Source of the DNA: Macrostomum lignano
Taxonomy: Eukaryota
DNA: 64,000 nt
Direction: 5' to 3'
Assembly: GCA_002269645.1 (NCBI GenBank)
Contig: NIVC01000719.1
Span: forward strand, 114,020-178,019
Shown: piece by piece, positions 45,385 to 58,120 of the stretch
How the letters are laid out: each line of letters opens with the position of its first letter
How positions within the stretch are numbered: the first letter of the stretch is position 1
Made by a program: the position numbers and the translations under genes
The notes under the pieces: model-generated
Database searches by the model: none
Told to the model about the DNA's origin: nothing
The model's input: the letters and a program-made list of their open reading frames with translations, nothing else

Positions 45385-47924
45385 CCCTAGATGAAGTTGT
45401 TTACTCATTCTTGGCAGATCTGTTCTTACTTAAATTTCTTAACAGATCTGTGAATTTTGGTTAACACATTCTTAACAGATCTGTTCTTACTTAAATCTCT
45501 TAGCAGATCTGTATCTGCTTTTGTCTTACAAGATCTTACAAATCTTTGCAAGCCATTTTTTATTGTTTGGTACGTAAAAAACATTCGTGATTTTTTAGAA
45601 AATACTTATGAGGTAAAGAGAAAACAAAATTTCTAACTGTATATCAGAAAAAAGACTTTCGTATATTTTCACATTTCTCTGCTGGATCTTGTCAGATCAG
45701 TTCTTGCAGATCTGTACAGACCAGTTTTGAAAGGTGTCTGAATTGTTTTTTTCCACAAAATATTTAACATAATAGTAATTGCGTTTTTTTAATGATTTGT
45801 ATTTATTTTACTTGTTCTTCTGGCAGCCAACAGTAAATGAATTTGTTTAAATATTCTTTCCGCAGTTCTGAACATAGTGGACCCTTATTGTTTGAATTCT
45901 CGCTCTTGCAATAATCTCAGTTCTTTCTTTTGACTTTGCCGAATACGTAATTTTTAATTCCTTAAATTGTTTCATAGTGTAGTATCACTATTTTTTACTT
46001 TTTTAGCCATAATAACTTTTTTGATTAAGTATAGCTATGGCTTTAAATGAAGAGCAGATCGCGTCATCAATTAAAAAAATTTGACATAATTGACAGACTG
46101 ACTATAAAATGGATGATATGCTATATATATATCTATATCATATATATATCTAGGCTTGTTTCCTACTCCCAGGCCTATAAGTATGAGTAGGCCTAGGCCT
46201 ATGACTTTGTTCTATGCTTTAATAGAAACAGAATGCATGTCTAGACCTAGTGATGTCCATTAATAATTCATTAATCCATTAATAATTCAGAAATTCAGTT
46301 ACATACATAGATCAGTATTTTTGTAGTCTTTTGCATTTCATTATATTATATTTATATATACCTAGTTCTAGCCCCTAGGCTAGGGCTAGGCTAGTTCTAG
46401 TGACCTAGCTAGTAAGTAAATCTTAATTAAATAGGTCTATTCTGTTTTTGTTTGTTTTATATATGCTTATCTAGATTTATAAATAGGTAGACTGACATAT
46501 CTGTAAAACTTGGTTTTAATCCCTCCTTGATTTTAAACACTTAGGTTAAGAATGTAATGTCTATTTTTAGTAAATAGTGTTATAACTAGGCTTATCATTT
46601 TAATTTTAAAATAAAATAGGCCCTACTCTACTAAAAATTGTAATTGCTATATAGGGTATAGTTTTTCTGAATTAGAATTAAACCTGGATGCTTAAATATA
46701 GGCTTGTGGTTGTTAGAAAGTTATCTTAAGCCTTGACCTACTATTTGAAGAATATAGATAGGCATAGCAAAATCTAAAATTATTTATACTAGATAAGCCT
46801 AGATAAATAATATGAAAAATATAGAATAGAAGAAAAACAGGTCTAAATTTAATTAGACCAAAGAACTTTTACAAAAGTTATTACTCTGACTATTTAAAAA
46901 CATAACAATGATATTTGTTTTATGTTTTAGTTATTTTGAATTGAATATTAATGTTTAAAATCCCAGAACTTTACTAAAATTTTCCCTTTCATTGCAGCTA
47001 CTTTACATGGTCAATATGGCATCGCTACTTATGGGTTCCAAGCTTGTCTTTATACAAATGATTGCTAAAAGTGGCAAGCATCCTATGATTGCTAAAAGAA
47101 AAAATGAAGCCAGCCTAAAGTAAAAATGCAACATGATAAAGAGCCCTAAAGTATTACTAAGAGCTCTTATAGACCTACTTTTATTGATAACAAAGTAAGC
47201 TTTCTAGCAATATTGACTTTAAAATCTTTCAGTACTGGACTCTTTCAGTTTCAATTATTTGCAAACCAATTTAATTGTACATTGTAGTAAAAGATGCACC
47301 TGGTTTTTTTTCAAATGTTTCTGCTTCTATTTTTTAGTTTCTAAAAGTATTGCTCACCCTAATTTTATTAGTCCATTGTACCATTAGTATTTTTTCTATT
47401 GAATGTGTGCTTAACTTTTGTTTTGAAGTTGACTTATTTTTTGCTTGTGCTATTTTCCTTGTGCATACAAGTTTTATTTCATGAGCATATATGTGTATTT
47501 GTTTACATTTTCACAAATAAATATGTCTACTTTATTTTAATTGTTCAATGGCATTTGCTTTTGTTCTGGCAGCTTACTAGCACAATACTAAAAGTGCAGA
47601 ATCAAATAAGAAAGTCCTGTCATAACTCGTGTTCTTTATTGGAATTAAATTAGTGCATTAGGGTTTTATAAATGGATTACTAAACAGATCTTGGAAGATT
47701 TGATAAGACGGACAATGCATTCAATTGGTAAAGCTTAATACATCTTACAAGATCTGCCCAGATCTCCTAAGATCTGCTCGTGCAGACAGTGCAAGATCTT
47801 CCTGCAGATCTTGTAAGTTCTGCCTATACATTTTAATAGTGCAGATCTGTTACGTTCTTGCAAGAACGTAGCGAGAAGCTCCAGACAGATCTGCTAAGAA
47901 ATGGCATGACGATTTCATCTAGGG
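45385..47924. mobile_element. Non-autonomous TIR element (CMC/EnSpm-like), copy 2, direct repeat of copy 1
   Basis: Same termini; 2540 bp; about ten substitutions or indels versus copy 1 seen by eye. Confidence 0.8.
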
Positions 47925-49783
47925 AAGTTTCATCCCCTGTCAGGATATTGTTTACCAATTTTGAAGCCCCTGCATCAAATTTGTTAAGCATGAAGTTCAG
48001 AGCATCTTCATCGAGCAGTCTTCGGACACTGGCCACTTGGCCAAATTCGGACGGCCTTCGAGTTCGTCGTCGTCTAGCTCCAGGCAGCCAGAACGAAATC
48101 GGCCAAACTACTTGTACACCATTGTCTAGGATGGGGCTTCATCACCCAATGCTTTTTGAAGCATCTGCACGCACTCAGAGGCAGATTGGCCAAGTCGAAA
48201 TTGAACAAGAATTGTGACTCGTCTGTCGCGCTCTGTCAATCGCAGGGCAGGGTCTGCAGTCGTATCACTTTTTCGACCACTGCGTCGTAGCATTTTAGTC
48301 AAAGAGGCTGAAAACTGACATGAAAGATTTCAATATCTACTGAAAGAAGCACATAAAATCTTCTTTTATTTGCATAAAAAGAAGTTAAATCTTTCGCGAA
48401 CTTACTAAGCAACACGTATGACATGACGTACGAGTATTGTGAAAGTCTAAAGTGTCAAGTTTTTTTGCAACACCCAGCTAGAGTACAATTTTGCATAAAA
48501 ACTCAAATGTAGTCTTGCAAGATTGCGGTCGGATGGACTCTGCTCTCAAGGAAATCTTTTACTCCAGATAAAATGAAAAACTTCATCCCCTATAATCTCC
48601 TAATCTGTGCATTTACATCTGACACTGAATTAAGGAATTAGGAATCAATTATAAGAACCAACTTCAGTTGCTCAGTTGCAGCAGTACATGTAGTAACGCA
48701 CTGCTGGTGCTCCAATGGCTTAAGGGTAAAAAGAGACGATCGAACTGCGTTTTGTATTTATCTTCCGACAAACCAACCAACCTGAATCCGTCCGAGGGTT
48801 CGTCCAAGGGCACTCACAATAAGTTTATAAAAAAAACAGCTTGAAAAAGTATTGTCATGAGAGAACGGCAACACTCACAATACAGTTGTGATTTTTAAAT
48901 GAATTTCGCAAGCACTTTCCTTTTTGCACAGCGCTGAATGGGTTTTTGGCCATAGACAAATTCGGTAGAAAAAAGTCCGTCTAGACCAAAGATCATATAT
49001 ACTGTAAGATCTATGGTCCAGACTCGCAGACGTCGGTACCTCCGGCACTCGGGTCCTTTGAAACTTCTCACAATAGCAATCCGGCCCGCTCAGAGTTTGT
49101 GTCTCTTCTCATCTCTCTTCTCAGTTCTCTCCTCTCTCCCCTCTTAACTCTTTTCTCTCCTCTCCTCTCTTATCTCCTCTTATCTTCTCTCTCATCTTGC
49201 CTTTCGCCTCTCACCTCTCATCTCTCATATCCTCCAACATTTTCTCTCTCAAATCACACCACAGAGACAGTAACAGCAGGAATATCACCGGAATTTAGCT
49301 TGCAATTTGCACGAATTTCGAATTCAGCGTTCTTATGACTTGATTTGTAAACTATTAACTTTGCCAAAGCAAGTAAATATAAATCTGATATATATAGCTA
49401 GATATGGGAGTAAAGTACGCGCATGTTAATATCTCAGCTGTCTGGAGCAGACGTCGCGTCACTTGTAATATCAGGCAGTTTATTGAGATGGAGAGGAGCC
49501 CCCTCTCCCCCTCGCAGTATTGGTCCTCACCTGAGTCTGCTTGCGTGAAGCAAATCGATCTTGGGTGGAAAAAAGAGAAGTAACAAGCTGAAAACCAATA
49601 TATATAGCTTTCTTAACTTGCCAATCAATCATTCAATATCGAGGGTATACTTGTGTAGCCCCGGCGGCCACAATTCGTATGTTAATGGATAGGAGAAACA
49701 AATGCGACTTAAAAACACCTTATTACAACAACAATAATAGCGAGAGAGCTTAGCTAGACAATCTTGGGTTCAATTTTTAAGCC

Positions 49784-50452
49784 TCAGCTAATGCCAAGGA
49801 AGGCCTTTATCCCGCTGAAGCCTCTAGCCCGACTGTCTGTAGTTGTTGAGGACGCTTTTTTCAACGCGCCGCCCAACGGCATGTAGTGCTCAAATTCCGC
49901 TTGATTAACGTAGAGAGCCACATCCTGGCAGCCCTGGCTGTAGTAGTCGCGCAACAGTTTCTTCCGACGCTCGGTCAACTGAAACGCCACCCGGGTCCGG
50001 TAGACGTGATAGGCGTGCACCCGGCCCGACCGGAGCCGGAACGCCGCCACAAGCTCGTAGCGTTCGTGCGACTCGCGAACTTTGTGCCTATAGAGCTGCT
50101 CCAGGAGCGTCACCTCAGATTCTGTTAGCTGACGTGGCGGCGGCTGCTGCTGCTGTTGTTGCTGTTGCTGCTGCTGCTGATGTTGCTGCTGGTGGGCTAA
50201 CGCTTCAGGTGATAAGCCAGAATTTGCGGATGAGTTAGCAGTGTCTGGCTGCTGCTGGTGCTGGTGCGGCTGGTCCTGCTGCTGCTGGCCGCAGCTCCGG
50301 CCGCCAGAGATTCCCGAGGCGAAGCCGACTCCCCTACGCGAGTACGGCAACAGATCCCACACGTAGGTTGGCTGCTGGCGGGAGCTTCCGCCGCCACCGC
50401 CGCCTCCGCCGCCGCCACCGGTTGTCCCGCCGAAGGAGAAACCGCCTGGCAT
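49784..50452 (-). CDS. Hypothetical protein with polyG/polyQ N-terminus and an unrecognised C-terminal region (possibly the last exon of a larger gene)
   Basis: 222-aa GC-rich ORF; an AG acceptor sits immediately before the ATG; the C-terminal half (~100 aa) is non-repetitive. Confidence 0.55.
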   Translation of the reverse strand: MPGGFSFGGTTGGGGGGGGGGGSSRQQPTYVWDLLPYSRRGVGFASGISGGRSCGQQQQDQPHQHQQQPDTANSSANSGLSPEALAHQQQHQQQQQQQQQQQQPPPRQLTESEVTLLEQLYRHKVRESHERYELVAAFRLRSGRVHAYHVYRTRVAFQLTERRKKLLRDYYSQGCQDVALYVNQAEFEHYMPLGGALKKASSTTTDSRARGFSGIKAFLGIS

Positions 50453-51204
50453 CTGTTGCGCAACTATAGGCGTCTGAAACGTGTAAATCTTTGCTCCCAG
50501 TTAAAATAATAAGTCCATTGATACTTAACCAGCTACTATATGGGGCTGGAACACCCGTTACCCACACCCCAGCAGAACAGTCAGACGAGGCCCCATTGGT
50601 GCTCAGCATCTCTTTGCTGCGCCGCGATAGGCAATCAGCTATTGCTCCCAATGGCTAATCTGCATCTGCCTCGCAGGCTCCGCACTCCCTCTCTCTTCCA
50701 AGGGCATTCCGGCGTGTACTCTGCAGCCGGTACTGCGTGCAGGGTGAATCGTTGTAGCGGCAACGGCAAGTAGCAGTGGAGAGATTGTATGCCGAGAAAA
50801 GAATTGGGACAGAAATGGACGAGAGAGCAGAGAGAGAGGAGGGAGAGAGGGAAGAGAGAAAAGTAACTCTGTGTGACAGCCCCCTTGCTTCTTCGACTTG
50901 ATGGCACCTGGCGCAGAAAAAAGAGCGTCATCTGAAGCTGGGCTAAGCGAGATATCCTCCACCATCTTCAGAGCACTCCGCTCCGGCTCGTGATACTGCC
51001 TCTTTTGTTTATTAATAATGACTTATTGCACTGCAATTTGATAAGTTGGAAGGAAGCTGGGCGGAGGCCGGAGAAGGAGCACAAGAGGGACTTATAGTGA
51101 AGCAGATAGGAGATGGAGACGGGTAGAAACAACGGGACAGAAAAAGAAGCACGGATCCGTGCAGTCCGTGATAGAGTAATATGGAGATGCTCCCGCAGGC
51201 AGGG

Positions 51205-52690
51205 AGAGATGCGGGAGAGAGGGGGACAGGGAGATGCGGGAGATGCGGGAGATGTTGAAGATGCGGGAGAGGGGACAGGGAGATGCGGGAGAGAGAGGGG
51301 GACAGGGAGATGCGGGAGATGCGGGAGATGTTGGAGATGCGGGAGAGGGGACAGGGAGATGCGGGAGAGAGAGGGGACAGGGAGATGCGGGAGAGAGAGA
51401 GGGACAGGGAGATGCGGGAGAGAGAGGGGGACAGGGAGATGCGGGAGAGAGAGAGGGACAGGGAGATGCGGGAGAGAGAGGGGGACAGGGAGATGCGGGA
51501 GAGAGAGAGGGACAGGGGGATGCGGGAGAGAGAGGGGGACAGGGAGATGCGGGAGAGAGAGGGGGACAGGGAGATGCGGGAGAGAGAGGGGGACAGGGAG
51601 ATGCGGGAGATGCGGGAGATGTTGGAGATGCGGGAGAGGGGACAGGGAGATGCGGGAGAGAGAGGGGGACAGGGAGATGCGGGAGAGAGAGAGGGACAGG
51701 GAGATGCGGGAGAGAGAGGGGGACAGGGGGATGCGGGAGAGAGAGAGGGACAGGGAGATGCGGGAGAGAGAGGGGGACAGGGAGATGCGGGAGAGAGAGG
51801 GGGACAGGGAGATGCGGGAGAGAGAGAGGGACAGGAAATGCGGGAGAGAGAGGGGGACAGGGAGATGCGGGAGAGAGAGGGGGACAGGGAGATGCGGGAG
51901 AGAGAGGGGGACAGGGAGATGCGGGAGAGAGAGGGGGACAGGGAGATGCGGGAGAGAGAGAGGGACAGGGAGATGCGGGAGAGAGAGGGGGACAGGGAGA
52001 TGCGGGAGAGAGAGGGGGACAGGGAGATGCGGGAGATGCGGGAGATGTTGGAGATGCGGGAGAGGGGACAGGGAGATGCGGGAGAGAGAGGGGGACAGGG
52101 AGATGCGGGAGAGAGAGAGGGACAGGGAGATGCGGGAGAGAGAGGGGGACAGGGGATGCGGGAGAGAGAGAGGGACAGGGAGATGCGGGAGAGAGAGGGG
52201 GACAGGGAGATGCGGGAGAGAGAGGGGGACAGGGAGATGCGGGAGAGAGAGAGGGACAGGAAATGCGGGAGAGAGAGGGGGACAGGGAGATGCGGGAGAG
52301 AGAGGGGGGCAGGGAGATGCGGGAGAGAGAGGGGGACAGGGAGATGCGGGAGAGAGAGGGGGACAGGGAGATGCGGGAGAGAGAGAGGGACAGGGAGATG
52401 CGGGAGAGAGAGGGGACAGGGAGATGCGGGAGAGAGAGGGGGACAGGGAGATGCGGGAGATGCGGGAGATGCGGGGGGTGCGGGAGGTGCGGGAGGTCCG
52501 GGAGATGCGGGAGGTGCGTGCGGGAGATGCGGGAGATGCGGGAGATGCAGGAGATGCGGGAGATGCGGGAGACGCGGGAGATGCGGGAGATGCGGGAGAT
52601 GCGCGAGATGTTGGAGATGCGGGAGAGGGGACAGGGAGATGCGGGATATGCGGGAGATGCGGGAGATGCGGGAGATGCGGGAGATGCGAG
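51205..52690. repeat. Purine-rich minisatellite (GGGACAGGGAGATGCGGGAGAGAG core)
   Basis: About 1.5-kb array of roughly 27-29-bp units and 9-bp subunits. Confidence 0.9.
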
Positions 52691-53339
52691 AGCTCACATA
52701 GCATAAAGAGAAGATGGGAGAGAGCCGGAGAGGAAGGCACTGAGCCAAGTCTGCCTGGAGCAGTGTAATCCAGTCATTAATCCTGATGGCTTCTTTTCTA
52801 ATCAGCCGCGTTGCAGGCACGCGGGCCGCCCCGCGGAGCCAAATCCCAGGCCGATCGATTCAAACGCTGCCAGAGGGAAACCGCGCGAGTTTAGAGATTG
52901 TGCTGCCGGATATGAAAGTTGATTAATGCCAATCCAGTATTCTGAGCTGAATTGAGCAACCTGCAACTGGCCAGACAGAGGCTCTACATGCATCGGTCGC
53001 AGGCTGTATAAGCTTGAGCTTTGCTATAATTCATGAGCAGCTCTAACCCCCATCAGTTCATATTATAGCTATTGAATATGATGATTATAGCTATACTGGC
53101 TTGTGCGTTCGTGACTTGCGTCGCATTAATTATATAAAGGGCTATTTGGGGGATTAGCGGCAGCAGATGTTTCAGATTATTCTTTTTATGACGCTCAGAG
53201 CGGCGAAACCTGAAGTCTAGTGGATAAATATTTGAGGGTGGGAATTCTCTGTCTTAACAGGCTTAACAATGCGCTGGTACAGCGAAATATACTGAAGTAA
53301 TGATATACGATGTATTAAAATAGAGTAATACACCCACAC

Positions 53340-54745
53340 ATTAAAATAGACACCGGAAACACATTAGAATAGACACCGGAAGCACATTAGAATAGACACC
53401 GGAAGCACATTAGAATGGACACCGGAAGCACAAACTAATATAGACACCGGAAATACTAATATAGACACTGGAAACATATTAAAATAGACACCAACAACAA
53501 CAACAACAACAAACAACAAAATACGCAGTCAGCGTCACAGGGCGCGCTTTAAGGCCGGGTCGCGAATGAACGCCTCGCCGCCGGCCGAATCCGGGACGCC
53601 GGCGCCAGCCAGTAGGCAGTCGACGAAACGCCGAGTGCGCGCCTGCCCCCGCCGGTAGGGTGCCTGCAGCGTTAGCAGCAGCACCTCCTGCACCGGCTCT
53701 GGGCAGTACGGCTCGGCGCGGATGATGTGGCCTGCCAGCTGGAGTCGCCGATTGCGCAGCAGGTCGCTTGGCGGACCAGGCCGGCGCGGCGATACAAAGC
53801 CGCGTTGGTCACTCGCTCGTAGCCGATCTTGAAGGCGGCGCGCAGCAGGCCAGAGTGCGCCGCATCAACTTGTTGTTCGAGCGACTCCGTCAGCGTCCAG
53901 GTCTCGGCGATGTACAGCAGGACGGTCTCGATCACCGCCTGTAACAACGCGGCCCTCTGGCGGTCAGGTAAGGCCTCGGACTGCAGGACGGCCCTCACAG
54001 AACGAAAGGCAGCCCAGGCAAGCCCGCGGCGACGCCGCAGATCCTCGCGGACACCGAGAACCAGACCGCCGAGGTAGACGAACTGCTGACAACGCGGAAA
54101 CTCCTCGCCTGTCCATCAGCGCCTCGGAACAAAATCGCAGCCTCGATGTCGTCCGGCACGCAGAGCACGACGGTCTTCTGCGTGTTGTCCACCAGGCCGA
54201 CACTCGCCGCAACAGCATCTAGCTTGTCCAGTTGTCGCCGGGCGCCCTCGACAGTTGAGGACAGCAGGGCGAGATCGTCGGCGTATCCAAGCACGCTGAG
54301 CCGCCTCTCCGGTTGACGTCGACTCACGCGTCGCCGCAACAGAAAGCCGTCGTCGTTGGTAGGAAGAGCGGTCCGCAGCACCCAGTCAAGCACCAGAACG
54401 AACAGGAACGGTGCAAGCGTATCTCTCACCGGACAAAATAGACACCGGAAACACAAACTAATATAGATACCGGATTTAGACACCGGAAACACTAATATAG
54501 ACACCGGAAACACTAATATAGACACTGGAAACACTAATATAGACACCGAAAACACTAATATAGACACCGGAAACACTAATATAGACACCGGAAACACTAA
54601 TATGACACTAACACCGGAAACACTAATATAGACACCGGAAACACTAATATAGACACATGAAACACTAATATAGACACCGGAAACACTAATATAGACACCG
54701 AAAACACTAATATGACACTAACACCGGAAACACTAATATAGACAC
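53340..54745. repeat. 21-bp minisatellite (GACACCGGAAACACTAATATA) split by a LINE
   Basis: Arrays at about 53340-53492 and 54435-54745. Confidence 0.85.
53493..54434 (-). mobile_element. 5'-truncated RTE-like non-LTR retrotransposon
   Basis: RT motifs DTLAPFLFVLVLDWVL, GYADDLALL, NTQKT, AWAAF...VLLYIAETWTL; (GTT)n 3' tail; 12-bp TSD AAAATAGACACC at 53481-53492 and 54435-54446; frameshifted. Confidence 0.9.
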
Positions 54746-55437
54746 ACAAACACAAATAGACATCAGAAATGCCTAAGCAAACAGTTTAATAATTTTATTG
54801 CAACGTTATACAGACTATATCTAGTTACTTCAGAGTACTTTTAACCTTATCGGCGATAAACTGAGGCAACCCTGAGTTCCAAAATCATAAATTTGCAGTC
54901 TGACGTGTGATTGGCATGGATAATAAAAAGAATTCTATATCAGAAATGTGTATGCCTGCCTGATGAATGTCAAGCACATATCAGCAGAGTTGGCCCAACT
55001 CCAATAGAGAACTGAGAAATGAATAGCAGAGAATGCGCACAGCAATATAAAAATCACATTCCTCTCCATCAATCTCCCCCCCAGAGTCCTGCCGCAGGTT
55101 TCCCCATCGGAGTCCCAAAATTGAGAGACTTCCCTCCAACTTCCAATTTATTCATTCCGAGCAGTCACAAGCAAATCACAGCAAAATGAAGAGAGCGAGG
55201 CTGAAGAAGGCGAGGGTTTGACCGCGGTCGCATGGTTCAAATCTCTCAGAGCCAGACTGGTGCTGCTCACCCTTCATCCGGAACCAGTTAGCTAATTGCA
55301 GAATCCTTACTGCACAGCTCTGACTAACTATCAGACAAATTTTCATATATAGCGGTCAGAGTAGTTAATTGCTGCTCCTATGGGTCATGGGCATGAAATT
55401 GGCTAGACATTGATGGCCCATCCTGTATGGTGCGGTA

Positions 55438-56462
55438 GAGAGGGACAGGGAGATGCGGGAGAGAGGGAGAGAGGGACAGGGAGATGCGGGAGAGAGGGAG
55501 AGAGGGACAGGGAGATGCGGCAGAGAGGGAGAGAGGGACAGGGAGATGCGGGAGAGAGGGAGAGAGGGACAGGGAGATGCGGCAGAGAGGGAGAGAGGGA
55601 CAGGGAGATGCGGCAGAGAGGGACAGGGAGGTGCGGCAGAGAGGGACAGGGAGATGCGGCAGAGAGGGACAGGGAGATGCGGCAGAGAGGGACAGGGAGA
55701 TGCGGCAGAGAGGGAGAGAGGGACAGGGAGATGCGGCAGAGAGGGACAGGGAGATGCGGCAGAGAGGGACAGGGAGATGCGGCAGAGAGGGACAGGGAGA
55801 TGCGGCAGAGAGGGACAGGGAGATGCGGCAGAGAGGGACAGGGAGATGCGGGAGAGAGGGACAGGGAGATGCGGCAGAAAGGGAGAGAGGCACAGGGAGA
55901 TGCGGGAGAGAGGCACAGGGAGATGCGGGAGAGAGGCACAGGGAGATGCGGGAGAGAGGCACAGGGAGATGCGGGAGAGAGGCACAGGGAGATGCGGGAG
56001 AGAGGCACAGGGAGATGCGGGAGAGAGGCACAGGGAGATGCGGGAGAGAGGCACAGGGAGATGCGGCAGAGAGGGAGAGAGGGACAGGGAGATGCGGCAG
56101 AGAGGGACAGGGAGATGCAGCAGAGAGGGACAGGGAGATGCGGCAGAGAGGCACAGGGAGATGCAGCAGAGAGGGACAGGGAGATGCGGCAGAGAGGGAC
56201 AGGGAGATGCGGCAGAGAGGGACAGGGAGATGCGGCAGAGAGGGAGAGAGGGACAGGGAGAGAGGGAGAAAGGGACAGGGAGAAAGGGAGAAAGGGACAG
56301 GGAGATGCGGGAGAGAGGGAGAGAGGGACAGGGAGAGAGGGAGAAAGGAACAGGGAGATGCGGGAGAGAGGGAGAGAGGGACAGGGAGAGAGGGAGAAAG
56401 GGACAGGGAGATGCGGGAGAGAGGGAGAGAGGGACAGGGAGATGCGGCAGAGAGGCACAGGG
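55438..56462. repeat. Purine-rich minisatellite related to 51205-52690
   Basis: GGGACAGGGAGATGCGG(G/C)AGAGA units. Confidence 0.9.
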
Positions 56463-56997
56463 AGCTAAACAGCAGGGGTCCTCATGAAAAGCGAGCCGCA
56501 CTCAGACATAAAGAGAATTAATTTATTGGTCGCAGTCGATAAAATGAAGAAAAATCAAACACCCAAGCCGACTTTCGTCTTTAATGGCAATGACTCAACT
56601 TAGAAAATGGTGAAAACGGACTATTTTCAGCAGCATATAAGATAGATGTCCGTCTGCCCTGTTTGCATGAAGGCAACAAACACTTCGCAGAGGCTCTAAG
56701 ATTGACAGTATTGATAGCATCAGTTTTTTATTTCGCAGAGAAATTTATATCCAACCCCAAGGCTCTCAAATTGCAGCTGAATGTTTGCGAAGTGCCCGCC
56801 ATTCGCGCTATCAGTCGGGCCAATCTCGTTCGCATTTTTTCCTCTTGCTCGGCGGCAAAGGGCGTGAACGTGAATGCCCCAATGGAAATGCTTTGTCACC
56901 ATGGATACACAGCGGAGGGGATGGAGCTCACATGAGAGACCGGCTGGAAGGGCAACTTTGATGAAAATTCAAACTCGAAGGGTGCTTCTATAAAATA

Positions 56998-58120
56998 ATA
57001 CCCACCACTGGAAGGGTATTTATACAAAAGATACCCACCACTGGAAGGGTATTTATACAAAAGATACCCACCACTGGAAGGGTATTTATACAAAAGATAC
57101 CAACCTCTGGAAGGGTATTTATACAAAAGATACCCACCACTGGAAGGGTATTTATACAAAAGATACCCACCACTGGAAGGGTATTTATACAAAAGATACC
57201 CACCACTGGAAGGGTATTTATACAAAAGATACCCACCACTGGAAGGGTATTTATACAAAAGATATCCACCACTGGAAGGGTATTTATACAAAAGATACCC
57301 ACCACTGGAAGGGTATTTATACAAAAGATATCCACCACTGGAAGGGTACTTATACAAAAGATACCCACCACTGGAAGGGTATTTATACAAAAGATACCCA
57401 CCACTGGAAGGGTATTTATACAAAAGATACCAACCTCTGGAAGGGTATTTATACAAAAGATACCCACCACTGGAAGGGTATTTATACAAAAGATACCAAC
57501 CTCTGGAAGGGTATTTATACAAAAGATACCCACCACTGGAAGGGTATTTATACAAAAGATACCCACCACTGGAAGGGTATTTATACAAAAGATACCCACC
57601 ACTGGAAGGGTATTTATACAAAAGATATCCACCACTGGAAGGGTATTTATACAAAAGATACCCACCACTGGAAGGGTATTTATACAAAAGATATCCACCA
57701 CTGGAAGGGTACTTATACAAAAGATACCCACCACTGGAAGGGTATTTATACAAAAGATACCCACCACTGGAAGGGTATTTATACAAAAGATATCCACTAC
57801 TGGAAGGGTATTTATACAAAAGATACCAACCTCTGGAAGGGTATTTATACAAAAAGATACCCACCTTTGTAGGGGTATTTATACAAAAGATACCTACCTC
57901 TGTAGGGGTATTTATACAAAGGATACCCACCTCTGGAAGGGTATTTATACAAAAGATACCCACCACTGAAGGGGTATTTATACAACGGATACCCACCTCT
58001 GGAAGGGTATTTATACAACGGATACCCACCTCTGGAAGGGTATTTATACAACGGATACCCACCTCTGGAAGGGTATTTATACAACGGATACCCACCACTG
58101 GAAGGGTATTTATACAAAGG
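56998..58120. repeat. 33-bp minisatellite
   Basis: TACCCACCACTGGAAGGGTATTTATACAAAAGA, about 34 copies. Confidence 0.95.

Larger units (their letters stand above)
42256..48416 (-). pseudogene. Mariner transposase remnant split by a 5.27-kb insertion
   Basis: The 48293-47925 segment gives MLRRSG...RRVTILVQFRLGQSASEC...LGDEAPS*TMVYK*FGRFRSG...EGRP and ILTGDET. The 42650-42256 segment gives WVYFYDP...RSVGKVMTAVFF...GATVTGHWY...CLP...DGALAH. TIR-like end TACGTGTTGCTTAGTAAG at 48418. Confidence 0.85.

Noticed and set aside
44666-47653. Duplicated 84-aa hydrophobic ORFs (44666-44920, 47399-47653)
   Set aside because: AT-rich chance ORFs inside the duplicated TIR element, with a TTG start and no recognisable motif.
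42651-47924. LTR retrotransposon interpretation (two long direct repeats)
   Set aside because: Each repeat has its own CCC...GGG TIRs rather than TG...CA ends; there is no PBS, PPT or gag-pol, and the TSD is 2 bp.
42651-47924. Pure assembly duplication
   Set aside because: The copies differ at about ten positions and are separated by unique non-flank sequence. Considered unlikely, but only long reads can exclude it.
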